Below are positions 37,769-51,096 of a stretch of 64,000 bases of DNA, piece after piece (positions within the stretch are counted from its first letter, which is position 1; the number at the start of each line of letters is the position of its first letter). Under the pieces are notes generated by a model. The model had not been told where the DNA came from and searched no databases. It saw nothing but the letters and a program-made list of their open reading frames with translations. Where the stretch lies: positions 110,857-174,856 of the forward strand of contig JAAOMT010000082.1 of NCBI GenBank assembly GCA_016748015.1, written 5' to 3'. Origin of the DNA: Geosiphon pyriformis uo1 (taxonomy: Eukaryota; Fungi; Glomeromycota). Position numbers and translations under genes: made by a program.

Positions 37769-37787
37769 AGATGTGTATAAGAGACAG
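37769..37787 (+). other. Tn5 mosaic end / Nextera adapter (library artefact)
   Basis: Exact 19-mer AGATGTGTATAAGAGACAG; translates as AVSYTHL on the - strand; composition changes abruptly at this point. Confidence 0.97.
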
Positions 37788-39337
37788 CCTTTAATGTATC
37801 AACACGTTTGCAGTCCTTCTCTAAGCCATAGAGTTCACTCTCCGGAACAACTTTCTGGACATGGTCTTCAAAGAAAGTAATTGTAGAATGTCCGAAGTCC
37901 AATGACTTACCGAGAGGGATTACTTTAGCAGGGAACGCATTCTTTGTGATCATGGTTTTAAGGATACGAACAATATTGATGCATATCTTGACAGATGTGT
38001 ATCGAGCTTTGAGATCATACAGGTAAAGTTCTGTGGACAGTGGAACCAACGTCTTGCTGGGACCATCAATTGCATAAAAGCACATAATGTCCTTTGCTAC
38101 AGCAAAACAAATTAAAAATTGAATATTCCCGAAATATAATGGATCGAGCTTGCTAAACTTGGATATGAGCTCTTCTTTGGCAGTTTCAAGATCGATTCGT
38201 GCAGCCTTCTCTTCATTTTTTATCACTACTACATCTTTAACATATCCAAGAAGATCAGGTCTAGTATTTTTTATTGTCGCTGGAGTGCTTTTTGATTTCG
38301 TTGTATATCTCCTTAGAAAACAAAGTGTAAAATTAATGTTAGACATGGAAACAAAAACTAATAAACACTAAGAACAGCATACAAAATGAAAACATACCTC
38401 TCATTCGCGTTACGGGAAAATTCGATTTGAAAATCAGAGTTACTGCAAAGTAATTCCAGAGGAAATGTGATTAATCTATCCACGGCCCCAGCCAGCTGTA
38501 TTTCGGTTTTAATTTGGGTAAACCTCGTCTCAGAAAGGGCAGCCTTGATCACAATTGCTAATTCACTCGCCCTATCTATTTCATCATAATAGATACAGTC
38601 ATCAAGTTCTCGAAACTGGCATTTGTCAAAATAAGATAATATTGTCAATTATGAATAGATTAAGAACAGCTAATATGAAAATCAAGGTCATACTTTTCCT
38701 AAGTCCGAGTATAAACACACGGGAAGCTTTGCAAGAAGAGGCCTATTAATGAGGTCCACCAACTGGCCAGCATGAGTTGGCAGAGTATCAAATGGCTGAA
38801 TGAGGTTTTCACATAGAAACTTAGTCTTGTCGGGCTCTATTGTTCAAATTGTTAAAAACTGGGGGGCTATCAACATTAACGTATAAATCTGTGTTAAAAG
38901 GTACAATACCGCTGCGTGGTCTTTTTGGAGGACGCTCGAGTTCTGCAAGTGAAACAACATTCAAGAACGTTGAAGTTGCGAGTGCAACACTCATGAGTCA
39001 GTCATTACCCAAAGTCATAAACTCTGTCCCCAACGTTCAAGTCACAAGTCACGAAGTCGTTACCTATCAACGTATCTTGTAATTTTTCCATCTGCAACTC
39101 CCATCTATCTTTGCTCGCCTCCAGCTTTTTTTCTTGCTTTTCCAGATCTTCCTTTTCTTCTATCCATGCCTCTTTTTCATCAGTATCCGTCCACTTTTTT
39201 ACTCTCAGATTCCTCTTCAACTCTTCTAATCTATCTCCCTTCTCACCCTCCATAAACTTCTCTAGCTTCTCCACGCATCTCTCATAATGGGTCGTAGCCA
39301 CCTCTAATTGACGTTTAATATCTTCAACAGCAGACAT
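37788..39337 (-). CDS. Crinkler-type protein: coiled-coil header, NLS, PD-(D/E)XK (REase-like) domain and probable start of a protein kinase; 3' end lost at the adapter
   Basis: Phase-consistent GT-AG model with no stops: exons 39337-39064, 38942-38910, 38836-38694, 38615-38398, 38311-37788. Motifs PPKRPR, RPDLLGY...KNEEK...AKEELISK and LYFGNIQFLICFAVA. Family assignment is from motif recall. Confidence 0.75.
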
Positions 39338-40459
39338 GGTGTTTTGCGTGTTTGTTATGGTTTGAGAAGATATGGCCTAATATATGTTTGGTTCGTGTCA
39401 ATGACGTTTCAGATCTTTGATTTATCAGTATAAATTTACTATTTAGGTAACAAACCCGCCTTTGTTAAATTACAGGAGTTTTTACTCTATAATATAATTG
39501 TTTTTTTAATAATTATTGTATTATGCAATATTCATTAAATTATTATTTTTTTGTTAAATTAAGACTATTATTGTTTTATAATTTTAATATTGAATAAAAT
39601 TCGTTTTATTATTTTAAAATAAAAATAATTGTAAGTTTTAAAATTAGAAAAAATTAAACCAGTATTAAATATATTTTTATTATTATTTTGCATATATATA
39701 TGTAACTTTATATTAATTTTAAACTTATTAAATAAGTTTATATATTTAATTTATAAATAAAACAAATTTAATAATGTTATTTTTAATTAAATATAATTTA
39801 ATTAAAACTTAAAATATGTAACAAAAATATTACTTACACATTTTTTATATATAACCAATAATTTAAACTTATATTAAGCTATATAAATTAAAAAACTATT
39901 TGTTTTTATTTTATTTAAGTATTTAACAATTTTTTATTTAAATGCTTATTTAATTTTTTATTTTAAACATATTTATATATTTAAATTTAATAATTTTTAC
40001 ATTAATACTTTATATTTTTTACAAAATTATTAATAAATTTATTATTTTTATTATTTAAAAAACATATATTATAGTTTTGTGAATTTTTAAACAACAAAAT
40101 AATAATAATAATACTTTTAATTTAAAAATTTTTGGTATTTATTTTTAATAATCAATAAAAAAATAATTTAAATTATTAAAACACTAATAAATTTAACTAT
40201 AAATTTAAAAAAATTTTTCTTTTGTCGATCTCTTGACCATGACAAAAGCAAATGAATTTTTTTTTTGGAAAAATAGCTTTTTTTTTTCCTTTTACTTTTT
40301 GTTTCTCTAAGTCATTTCATCCAACATACCATTTTTTGTCATAATAGAATAGGTGAGTTTATCTGCTGGTGGTTTTGATTTGGTTTTAGCTGGATTAAAG
40401 ATCCAGTCTGGTAATAAAAAAAATGTGTGTTGAGAGTGTCTACTCTTATGATCCTTAGC

Positions 40460-41964
40460 ATATCTAAAAAGAAGGCACTTAAAAATGCTTTTTATGGTCT
40501 TGCTAATAGTTTTTTTTCTCAAAAAAAGAGAGTTGTTCTTAAAAATATTAAACACTCTGATAATAAAAAAAATATTTTTTTAATTAAGTCTGGATCTGGC
40601 AATTATGTATATTTAGATATGAACAATATGTTTAATAATGATAAAGATAATATTATAACTGGTGTTAATAGTAAGTTTCTTTTAAATTTGGCTGCAACTA
40701 TTCCTAAAGCAAAAAGAGTAGTTACTGATTTGAATTGTGGTTCTTTTTTTAGTTCTCTTAATTTTGACATAGATAAAAAATTAGGTCCTTTCTATTTTTT
40801 TTAATATCTTTTTAAACAGAAAATGAATGAATTCTAAAGTAGTAAAAACTTAAGTAGAGATATCTGTTAGAAAATTATTTGTCTTAGATATTAATTTTTT
40901 AGCAGTAGTAGAGTTTGCTAATTCAAAACAAACTGATTAATTGGTAACAAGATGGTTATTTTTAATCGAAAAAAATTCTGTGTATATAGCCAAAACTGTA
41001 AATGATCATGAGATTTGGATATCTAGAGATTAGGTTTAAGGTATTTTTGTTTATTTTGCCTATAGAAATAACAGTTTATGATTTGAATACTCTATTAGAA
41101 GAAGTTAGTAAAAAAATTTGTATTATTAATCATTTACTTAAGACTAGCAACCAGGTTTGCTGTACTGTAATTGTTTTTGAATTAAATAAAAAGCTGGAGT
41201 CTGTTTTTTGCATAAAGCCAATTTTTAGTAACATAAAACTCTTATAAACTAGGATGAATTTGGTTTAGTGTGAAAAGTGTGAGAGATTCAGACATTTTGC
41301 TTTAGAGTGTAATATAACAAATACATTTACTTCTAAGTTTTTAAAGTTATTTAAAAGAATGGTTTCAAATACAAGTTGCTTTTAGTTGACCAAATTATAT
41401 GTAAAGAATAGTGTTTTTATTTTTTATTCTGCTGTTTTTGGTAACAAATCTTGGGCCCAAGTGGCTTTACTTGTTATATCTTAATAATATTTACTTTGGT
41501 TTTAGTTCTGGTTTCTTTTTTTTTGATATATTACGCAATAAAAAAAATTTATTCATTGTACAAAATAATTCATCTATTGGTGCTCATTTGGCTTTCTTGG
41601 AATGTTTCTTAAAGCTGTTGACTAATCAAGTATCTGGTATTATGTAAAAATTAAGTATTATGAATTTGGTGTCTTTGGTATTTGCTTCTAAACTTCTTTT
41701 TTCCACAGTGTCTGTTTTTTTAAAGTCAAATTTAGATCTAAATATGGTTTTAGATGACCCACTTATGTTATCTGTCTTTTTTTTTTGGTTGCAAATTATA
41801 TGGTTTCAGATTTAGATGTGAGTAGATTAAAGATTTTAATTACCAAGGTAAGTGAATTGAAATCTAAAATAGTGGCTCTTAAAGTTTCTATTAGTACAGT
41901 TTTGACAAAATTAGATCAGTTGTGTACTAGCTCAGATTCTTTGGTGTCTTTTTTCTCTTAATAA
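40460..41964 (+). pseudogene. LINE2 ORF1
   Basis: Homologous to LINE1 ORF1 (SKKKALKNAFYG, FSQKKRVVLKNIKHS); internal deletion near 40905. Confidence 0.72.
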
Positions 41965-43900
41965 ATAATCTGGTTTGAAAATTTGCCATATGCAATATTT
42001 AGAATATCAATGTCTTTGCCAAGCAGAAAAATGTTGTTTATTGGCATATAAAATTAGAGAATATGATTTCTTTTGTAACAGAATAAAGCTGAAGTTTAGT
42101 GTTAAGCTGTAAATTACAAATAAGTTTGATAAAATATAATTTTTCATGTCTGATTTAGAAAAGAGTTTTTTTGGTGTTAGTATGGCCATTATTATAAACA
42201 ATTCCTTGGCTTAACATGTTTTAAAGATAGAAGAAATTTCTAGTCACATTATTTCAGTATAGCTTTTTTTTAAGAGCAAGCTCTTAATTATAATTTTGGA
42301 TTTATATGCTGGTATTTCTGCTAAAGCTAAGTTTAGTTAGGCATCAAATGTTAATTTTTTTATTGCTAAAATGGTTAACTCCAATACTTTTGTGGTCTTG
42401 GATGGAGATTTTAATGAAAATAAATCTGAAAAAAGTGCAAATTTCAAGTTTTATACAAGTTTGGATTTGGTTAATTCACTTAGGAAATATTTATTAGTTA
42501 GAACTTTTACTTAAAACAATTTAAAAAGTGTTGAAAAAGTCATTAATTACATTTTTGTAAGTAAGAATATAGTATTTGCAGTTGCCAGCCATGTGATCAG
42601 ATTAGTATTTGAATTTTTTAACATTAATTACAAGATTGTCTTAGTTTTAATTAGTTTAAGTGATCTCTTAAATGTTTATTTAAACAATATATACAAACAA
42701 GCTAACAAAAATTGTTGGAAATTTAAAATCAAGAATGCAAATAATGCCAAGTAAATATGTTTTATGAATTGTTCTTTTGTTAAAATATCTTTGTGGTTAA
42801 TTAAGTTTTTAAATGCTAAGAGTCATAGAAGTCTAAATTCTATATAGGATATTTTAAATAGAGTGCTGACAAATTCAGCAGAATTGGTTTTCTTTAAACA
42901 ATGATTCAATGTTTTTAATTGTTCTAAGAACAAACTTTTTTCTCAGTTTTATAGACTTGAATTGTTAATTGTTAAGATAATTAAAGCTTGTAATCTAGGT
43001 AATTGCTCAGAATTTGCTTGCCTGGTTAAAGTTTGGTCAAATTTTGATGAAATAAAAGCTGCTAAAGTTGTTAACTTGTTTAATATAGATGTTAGTTTCT
43101 TAAAAATCATCCAACAACTATTAAAGTACAAAAAAAATTATCATAGGTCCAAGTATCATGAATCAAAATTGGCCAAAAGTGCATTTATAAACAAAACAAT
43201 TAAGAAACATATGGAAAACTTTAGATTGGATAAAAAAAGTATAATTAGAAGTATTTTAAAACATCTTTTTTGTAAAGTGATACTGAATTATTTGGTTGTT
43301 GGAGATAAGTTAATTTTGAAACTGGTTGATATAAAACTCAGGGTTGATGAAATTATGGTAAGTTGGATAAGAAAGCACACAATATCTTTAGTGTTACCTA
43401 TATTATAATCTTATCAATATAGACTTTTGAGCTACATAAATAAAAATGTTTTTTTTAAAGTCATAAATAAAATCAACATAGATAATTTGACTTCAGTTAT
43501 TAGAAATATGCTTAATGACAAAGCTGCTGGCTTTTTGAGTATTTTGAATAAACTATAAAAACATAGTAGAAATATGATATTAAAATGTCTTTTAAATTTA
43601 ATTAATGTTTGTTTATTACTTGGTAACATTTTAGCTTTTTAGAAAAACACTTAAGTTTCAATGATTTCCAAATCATATAATTGAAATAATAACTTTACAA
43701 ATACATAACTTATTGTCTTGATTAAAATAGCTTGCAAAATTTTTTCAAAAATCTTATTAGATCATATTTCTTTGGCTTGCAATAAATCTAATATTCTTTG
43801 AGATAACAATTTTTTGGTCTTAAAAATATTTCAACTCAAATACTTGTTTTTGCTGTCAGTTTAATAGTGAAGGATGTTTTAGAAAAAGACCACAAACTGT
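41961..43900 (+). pseudogene. LINE2 ORF2 (APE and N-part of RT; resumes 54055-54128)
   Basis: FAICNI, GDFNE, INYIFV, NDKAAG, ACKIFSKIL, QDMHKAY. Confidence 0.8.
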
Positions 43901-44782
43901 TGTTACTCATAGAATATAAGAAATATAGTATTATTAGTCAGTAAATATTAGCCAATCAGAGGTAGACATAGTAAATGTGGAATTCCAGAATTCCTCTTAG
44001 AGAAATTGCAGGATTCCAGGAATTTCAGAATTCCCCGACAAGAAATTGCAGAATTCCAGAATTTCAGGATTCCTCTCATCAGGAATTGCAGAATTCCAGG
44101 ATTCCTGTCGCAAAGAATTGAGGAATTGAGGAATCTCAATTATGTATATATAGCAGTAGGATTAGAAGCTAAAAAGACAGATCTCTCAGTTTAGATTTAA
44201 TCTAAGCAACATTCCAGTTCCCAATCATCAAATAAATAATTATTCCATATCTCAACCCACTCTCTACTATTAACACTTTATGTTGATAGTAATTGATACT
44301 TAACCACACTGGAACAATAGCTCTTGATCACGGCTATTGATGAAATACTAACATATCAAATTGTCTTGGCTTATTTTTTCTATTTTCTTTATTTTTATTT
44401 TCTTTATTTTATTTTCTTTCTTTTTTTGATTTTGGTGTTGTATACTAATTGATTAAAAGATTAAGCACTGAGTTATTGACATCAAAGATAGCCTGGTAAA
44501 AGACCCAGAAATAAGGGTAGGATTTTATATATTATCAGATAGCTTACCAGCAAAGCACGACTGCCAGACTAAATCTGGCCACCACGTTGAGAAAGAAATT
44601 GGAAAAACTCTTGGAAAGATACATTTACTATCAACCCTATTGAATCTTTGTCCATTATACAAAGAACTTTATCAAAACCTTCAGATACAACACTTGCAGA
44701 ACCTCATCCATGGAAGTAGCTTTTGAGCACCAAGTTATGGATTTGTTATTTAATTCAACAGCAGAAATAATTACCTGTAACA
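43901..44782 (+). repeat. D 5' LTR with GGAATTCC-type U3 array (~43978-44135)
   Basis: Matches 53174-54050. Confidence 0.93.
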
Positions 44783-44784
44783 TT

Positions 44785-44801
44785 TGGTGCTTCCTGTGAG
44801 G
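44785..44801 (+). promoter_or_regulatory. D primer-binding site
   Basis: TGGTGCTTCCTGTGAGG. Confidence 0.78.
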
Positions 44802-44844
44802 TATAATTCTACAGAGAACCAGCACCAACAAACACCATCTAAAA

Positions 44845-47800
44845 GTGGCAGAATCAGAAAATATAGGAGCAAACCATTTAGGATTTGCAAAATCTTTATT
44901 TCAACACTATTGTCAATACTTGAAATTAAACCACAATCATATATCTGCCGAATTAGTCTTCAATTTCTATGTCAACGAAAAGATTTCCTCTTTATTAAGA
45001 ACACCAGTGAATACTAAATCAGCAAGAGAAACTTTCTATAAGGAGTTAATTCAAAACACCAATCTGCCAACAAATCATAATTTCACATCCATCATCACTG
45101 AGATCAACAAAGAAATTGAACACCACACTCAACAAAGATATCTAATTACATATGCTAGTAAAAGCAAAGGAAAACTACAAACACCAGCAGTAACACCCAG
45201 AAAAATACAGCCATCTACTTAGAAGAAAAACAGAATTGAATCCCCAAGCAACCCATCCTACCACTATACACCTGGAAGTGCCATCAACATATCATCAACA
45301 GATGCATTTTCATCAACTGTGACATCAGCATTTGGACAATTCCCATTCCAAAGTAGACAAAAAAAAACAGAATTATTAAGACCATATGGCAAATACTTTG
45401 AGGGATTTAATTCATGATTATCAACCTCATCAGGACTTTGATCACTACTGCCTCCACCTGGAATCTCTGATCCATGGGAAGCAGCAGAATCAGAAAAAGA
45501 GGAAGAAGAATCAGAGAATCAAGAATTCACTTACCAGCACCCGATCACTGAAAACCCGGAAGTTGAAATCCCGAATTTTCAAACTCAGCAAAATCTAAAT
45601 CTAGAAAATTCAGAAATCAAAACTCCGAATTATCAAAGGCAGAACAATCCAAACTCTGAATTAATTAATCAGCAAAACTTACCTCCGGTAATTGTTATTA
45701 ATCAACTGCCGATTAATCCCATAGCCAAACCTATACAACAGCCACTTCAACTACCATCCTAACAACCAGTACAATAACAACTGCTTCAACAGCCACCACA
45801 ACCACCTAACTTAGATCCAATGGCCTATGCACCAATTGCAAAACTTGACAATTTTACTGGCAAAGAAGATAATGCTCAAGTATGGCTGAATGATGTAGAA
45901 AAGGCCATTGCAGCCAACAGATAGAATGATGCCCGAGCAATGCAAGCCATTCTCTACTTTCTCAAGAATACTGCCAATTCATGATATCAGAGCTTGGTTA
46001 ATAAACCACAAGATTTTAATGCCTTTAAAACGAAATTCCTAAGATATTTCAGCAACAATAACAGCATCAATCACCTAGTCAATACATTCACCACCATGAA
46101 ACAAGGAGAAACTGAAGCGGTCACCACTTACCTGGGACACTTCCATTGAAACTTGTGCCAAATTCAAGCAATTAACACCAACTATTTCACAGCCCCACAG
46201 ATACTCAACCAGTTTTTTCATGGCCTGTGCAGCAGTATCTTGCAACATGTACGTCCGTTGCATCCAGGCACTCTTCAAGATGCAGTCACATGTGCCAGAG
46301 ATTTTGAATCCGCTGAGTCAGAGGCTAACCATGCCCAAGCCATTAATCTAGTAATGAACGGATCATCTGAATTGGATTCCAAATTGGAGAAGTTCAGTAA
46401 ATCAATTAATAAGAGACTGGAAGAATACTTAACTGACAATCATGCCATTTATTAGTCTCCACAATAATGCAATAATCAAGGAAACTCTAATTGTGCCCAA
46501 AATTAATCATGTCCATCTTCATTGACCAATCAACAGTGACAACAGGAAACACGTATCTGCCACTATTGTGGTAAACAAGGACATATCTAAATTGACTGTC
46601 ACCAGCATTTAAATAACCAATGATCAAGAAACCAATATCAAAATCCTGATCACCAGTTCCAAACTCTGAATTAGTACCCAAATCAAAACCAACCCGCTTA
46701 CCTACCAGTAATGCAGTCATCAGTCTATCAATCTCTGGTGTATCAAGCTCTAATCTATCAACTGCAGCCACAAGTAATTTATTAACAACTGCAGCCACAA
46801 ATAATCTATCAGTCCCAACAAATCCAAATACCACCCCAAAGCTTACCACCCAACAGAACCCAAAGACTGAGAATGACTCAACAGAACTGGAGATCAGCAA
46901 TGGTAGTCCATCAACTGATCTTCAGTTCTTCACAGCAACTATCTGGATTATGCCAGTGGAATTCAGGTGCTGGTCAACCCCAGAACCCGAATTCTCAGAA
47001 CTATTTAAGTCTCTTGGTCACTCCAGAAAATGCCTCAACTAATAATCCAGCATTTACCCAAAAACAACCATTCACCAGTAATATCCCATCTGCTACCATC
47101 ACTGAAGATGAGTCTTTGGCTGCTATATTCCCATTCGAATTCGAGAAAACAACTGCAATGTCATTATTTAGTGGAGCCGCTCTTGAAGCCAAACCAATCA
47201 CCATGATGTACACTAATGCCAAAGTTGAGAGACAATCCATCAAATTGATCCTTGACAGCAGTTCAGCAGGCAGCATCATCACACGACAACTTATGAATTA
47301 ATTAGGTCACTGAGTTGATCGAGCTGCCAGCACCAGAATCATCACAGCTGATGGAGCGACCAAAACTCCAATCAGCAAAATCAACGACTTCCCTTTCGAA
47401 GTTAATGGCATCATAACTCCCATTAAAGTTCTAGTGATGGAAGCCACTCAATACCAAGCTTTCATTGGTAATGACTGGCTATTCAAAGTTAATGCAACAT
47501 TAGACTGGAACACCCAGGAATTCTAACTAACATATTAGGGCCAACACATACGTGTACCGGCCATGTGTGGCCATTTCAAGACTCCTCCAAGAGAGAAACT
47601 ATTGATCAAACTGGAGGAGAAGAAAGAGAAACCTACCTGGGAAGCTTACCAAGTCTCCTGGGCCAACACCAACCACAATGAACTACCACTAATACTCTTG
47701 TGGAATGACAACCCTAAGGGAAAGCAAAAAGAGGAACTGACCTGGAAAACAGACAATTTGATTTGGACCGACAATAAACAGGAAAAACCATTGAGTTGAG

Positions 47801-50800
47801 AATGGAAAGAAGAAAAGAGAAAAGGGAAAGAGAGGGAGAAAGAAAACACTCAACAACATTTATATTCCATACACCTATGGTCAACAACAATCATCAATCT
47901 ATCACCAATCCAAACTAATATGCATTAATTGCAGCAAGAAATTGTCATCAATGGGCACATGCTATGGTGACAATGAAGAATATCAGATGGCAACCAAGTT
48001 CTATTGCTGCGCATGCCATGTCAAACATTTTGGAAGACCAAAATGAGTGGGAAAATGAGATAATACACCATGTATAGCCTGTGGAGAAACTCTTCTCAAC
48101 AAAGAAATATGGAACAACATTCTGGGAAGAGGAGGAACATGTGACATGTCTTGCCAATACACGATCCTTATCAGTGATTGGGTCAAAAAAGGAACACCCA
48201 TAGAAGCTGCCTGGAGAAGAGCTGTACAGCAATTGGACATTTGTCTACATAACGATGATAAATTATGGCAAATGGCAATCGCCAAAATTGAAGGCGCATT
48301 GCCAGAAGAAATCAGAACAATTAAAAACAACCCACCAGAACCCATCGAGCTTGACTGAGACACAGAGCCAGTCATAAATTTTCTGGAATTAGAAAAGTTC
48401 CATGAACACTACCAAAACTTGGCATTCACTAGAGAAGAGCAAGAACAACGGCTAGCACAGTTAAATACAAGACTGTGTTGCCATTGTTTAATTCTCAGTA
48501 ACTTTGAATATTATGACAATTGTGATCTCATTTACAATCTACCACCATGCATAATCTACACGATCTCTGAAGAAGAAAAACCAATCAGCAACTATGCATC
48601 GGAATCAGAATTGCTGATCAATTGCAATCCAGACTCCAACAATGACGACAAAAACACTGGTTCCAGCTCCATTCAAAATGGCAATAACAACAAAGACAAT
48701 TCAAACTCAAATTCAAACTCCTATTTAAACTATGAACAATACATTGCACTACCAGATCTCTTCAAAGAACAAAAGTTGAAATGGTATAGTAACAATGGAG
48801 AAGATATTATGCCAGAACATGCACATGATACTGATGTAGGATTTGATTTGAGGTATTCAGAAAAAGAGGCCATCAAATTGAAACCACATTCACGTATCTG
48901 TATTGATCTAAAAGTAGCACTAGAAATTCCAGCAACAACAATGGTTCAATTAGCATCTAGGAGTAGTTTAGTGAAAAGAGAGATTAATATAAGAGAAGAA
49001 ATAATTAACACGGAATATATAGGAAATATCATTGTTATGCTACAAAATAACTCAGAAAAGGCCTATATAATAGAGCCCAATGAAAAGATAGCACAGGCAA
49101 TATTTCTGCCTCTGGTTAGAGTAGCTCAGTTAGTATCAGTGGGAAAAAGAGAGGAATTAGGAATAACAGTGAGAGGAATACAGGGATTCAGATCAATGAG
49201 TAGAATAGATATACCAGTTAATATGGCAGAGAAAAAAATTGTTGGCCAAGGAGAAATTATTTCAACCAGTCAAGCTATTTTTATTTCATCATATAACCAG
49301 TACATGCTAGCAATAGAAAGGAAGGAAAAAGACCAAGCACAAATTTTTGAAGCAGAAGCCAGTCTTTGTGAATTAGGAGAAGTTGGACTCATCAATCTCC
49401 ACATACCAGCCAAAGATTACAGTCACATCAAAATTCCCATCTACAACAATACAGGAAATGTCATAGAAATACCAGCCAGAATTATTATTGAATACTTAAA
49501 CACTGAAATAGAGGATCAACCACCGAACCTCATTTCAGACTTTCCACAACTTTGTGGATATGTTGATATCACATTACAAACAATATACGGATGAAGTGAA
49601 TGTTATTTGCTCCAACCAGAACAATTGGAACAAATGAACATAGGAAACTTAGATCCACTCCAATGTATGCAACTTAAGATGTTGTTCAACCAGTTCAATG
49701 ACATCTTTGCCAGTGAAAATGAGTTTGGCTGAACTGACATCATCCAGCATCAGATCAAGACTGGAGATGCAATGCCAATTAAACAAAGAGCATACAGAGT
49801 GCCACCAGTCAGCCACGAGATTATTCGTCAAGAGATAAACTGAATGCTTGACAATGGGCTAATTCAGCCATCAATGAGCTTATGGTCATCACCAGTGGTA
49901 CTTGTCCATAAGAAGAATGAAAAGATCCGATTTTGTGTAAACTACAGAAAACTCAATGGTATAACTTGTGGAGACAGCTATCCAACTCCACAGATACAGG
50001 AATTATTTGATGCTTTTGGCAGAAACAAATGGTTCTCAACGTTAGACTTAGATAGTGGTTACTAGCAAGTAGCCATGAATCCAGCCGACAAAGAAAAGAT
50101 GGCATTCACCACAAGAAAAGGGAATTTTGGATTTGAAGTAATGTCATTCGGTTTAACCAACACACCAGCCACTTTCCAATAGCTAATGGAAATTGTCTAT
50201 ACTGGCTTATTGTGGAAATCAGTAGTTGTATACTTGGACAACACCAACGTATTCTCAAAAACATTTGATGATCATCTTTATCATCTTCAACAAGTGTTCA
50301 AAAGACTAAGAAGAGCAGGGCTAAAGTTAAATGCAACAAAGTGCTTCTTTGGCAAGACAGAGCTAAAATTCTTGGAACACATAATCAGCAAAAACGGCAT
50401 CAAAACAGATCCAGAGAAAATAGAGATAGTAAAAAACTTTCTAGTGCCAACCTATATGGCAGAACTGAAATCATTCTTGGGATTCGCCAGCTACTATTGA
50501 CATTTTATCAAGAACTTTTCCAAGATAGCGCAGCCACTCAACCAACTGCAAACCAAGAATACCAAATATGAATGGGCAGAAAGTTAACAAGAAGCTTTTG
50601 ACATTTTGAAAGGAAAGCTCATTCAAGCTCCAGTACTGATTTATTCAGATCACAGCAAACCATTCATCATTACCACTGATGCATCCGGCCAAGCATTGAG
50701 AGCAGTATTATCTCAGAGAGGACCAGACAGCAGAGAACATCCAGTAGCATATGCCAGCAGAGGTTTAACACCAGCCAAAAAGAACTATGGAACACCGGAA

Positions 50801-51034
50801 CAAGAACACTTGGCAATATACTGGGCAGTCATGAAATGGAAAGAATACTTGAGCCAGAAGTTTGAAGTATACACAGATCACAAGAGATTAACATTACTCC
50901 AAAAACAAGAATTTGGAAATAAAAGACAGTCAAAATGGAAAATGGCACTCACACCATACAATTATACTATATATTACAAAAAAGGAAAAGACAATGGAAA
51001 TGCTGATGGTTTGTCGTGAATAAGACAAATCTAA
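44845..51034 (+). pseudogene. D gag-PR-Cys-rich-dUTPase-RT-RNaseH polyprotein
   Basis: ORF pieces share a frame except for one shift near 47850; CHYCGKQGH; LILDSSSAGS; DTDVGFDL and ASRSSL; FCVNY; FSTLDL; TTDAS; ends LS*IRQI*. Confidence 0.9.
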
Positions 51035-51096
51035 GAACATTTTAATACAAAAATATAACAAAACCAGAACAATACCAACGAAAAATATAACAAAAG

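Noticed and set aside
37769-37787. Possible real Tn5/IS50 insertion or bacterial gene transfer
   Set aside because: This is the synthetic mosaic end, present once, with no transposase and no 9-bp duplication.
43948-44194. Short ORFs on both strands, repeated at 53222-53477
   Set aside because: By-products of the stop-poor palindromic LTR array; the repetition is just the LTR pair.
44260-44350. Hammerhead ribozyme in the structured LTR region
   Set aside because: No CTGATGA...GAAA core in the required three-stem arrangement was seen.
46487-46900. Hydrophobic antisense ORFs opposite gag and pol (also 23195-23659, 56507-56908)
   Set aside because: Expected shadows of A/C-rich sense coding; no motifs and not conserved between families.
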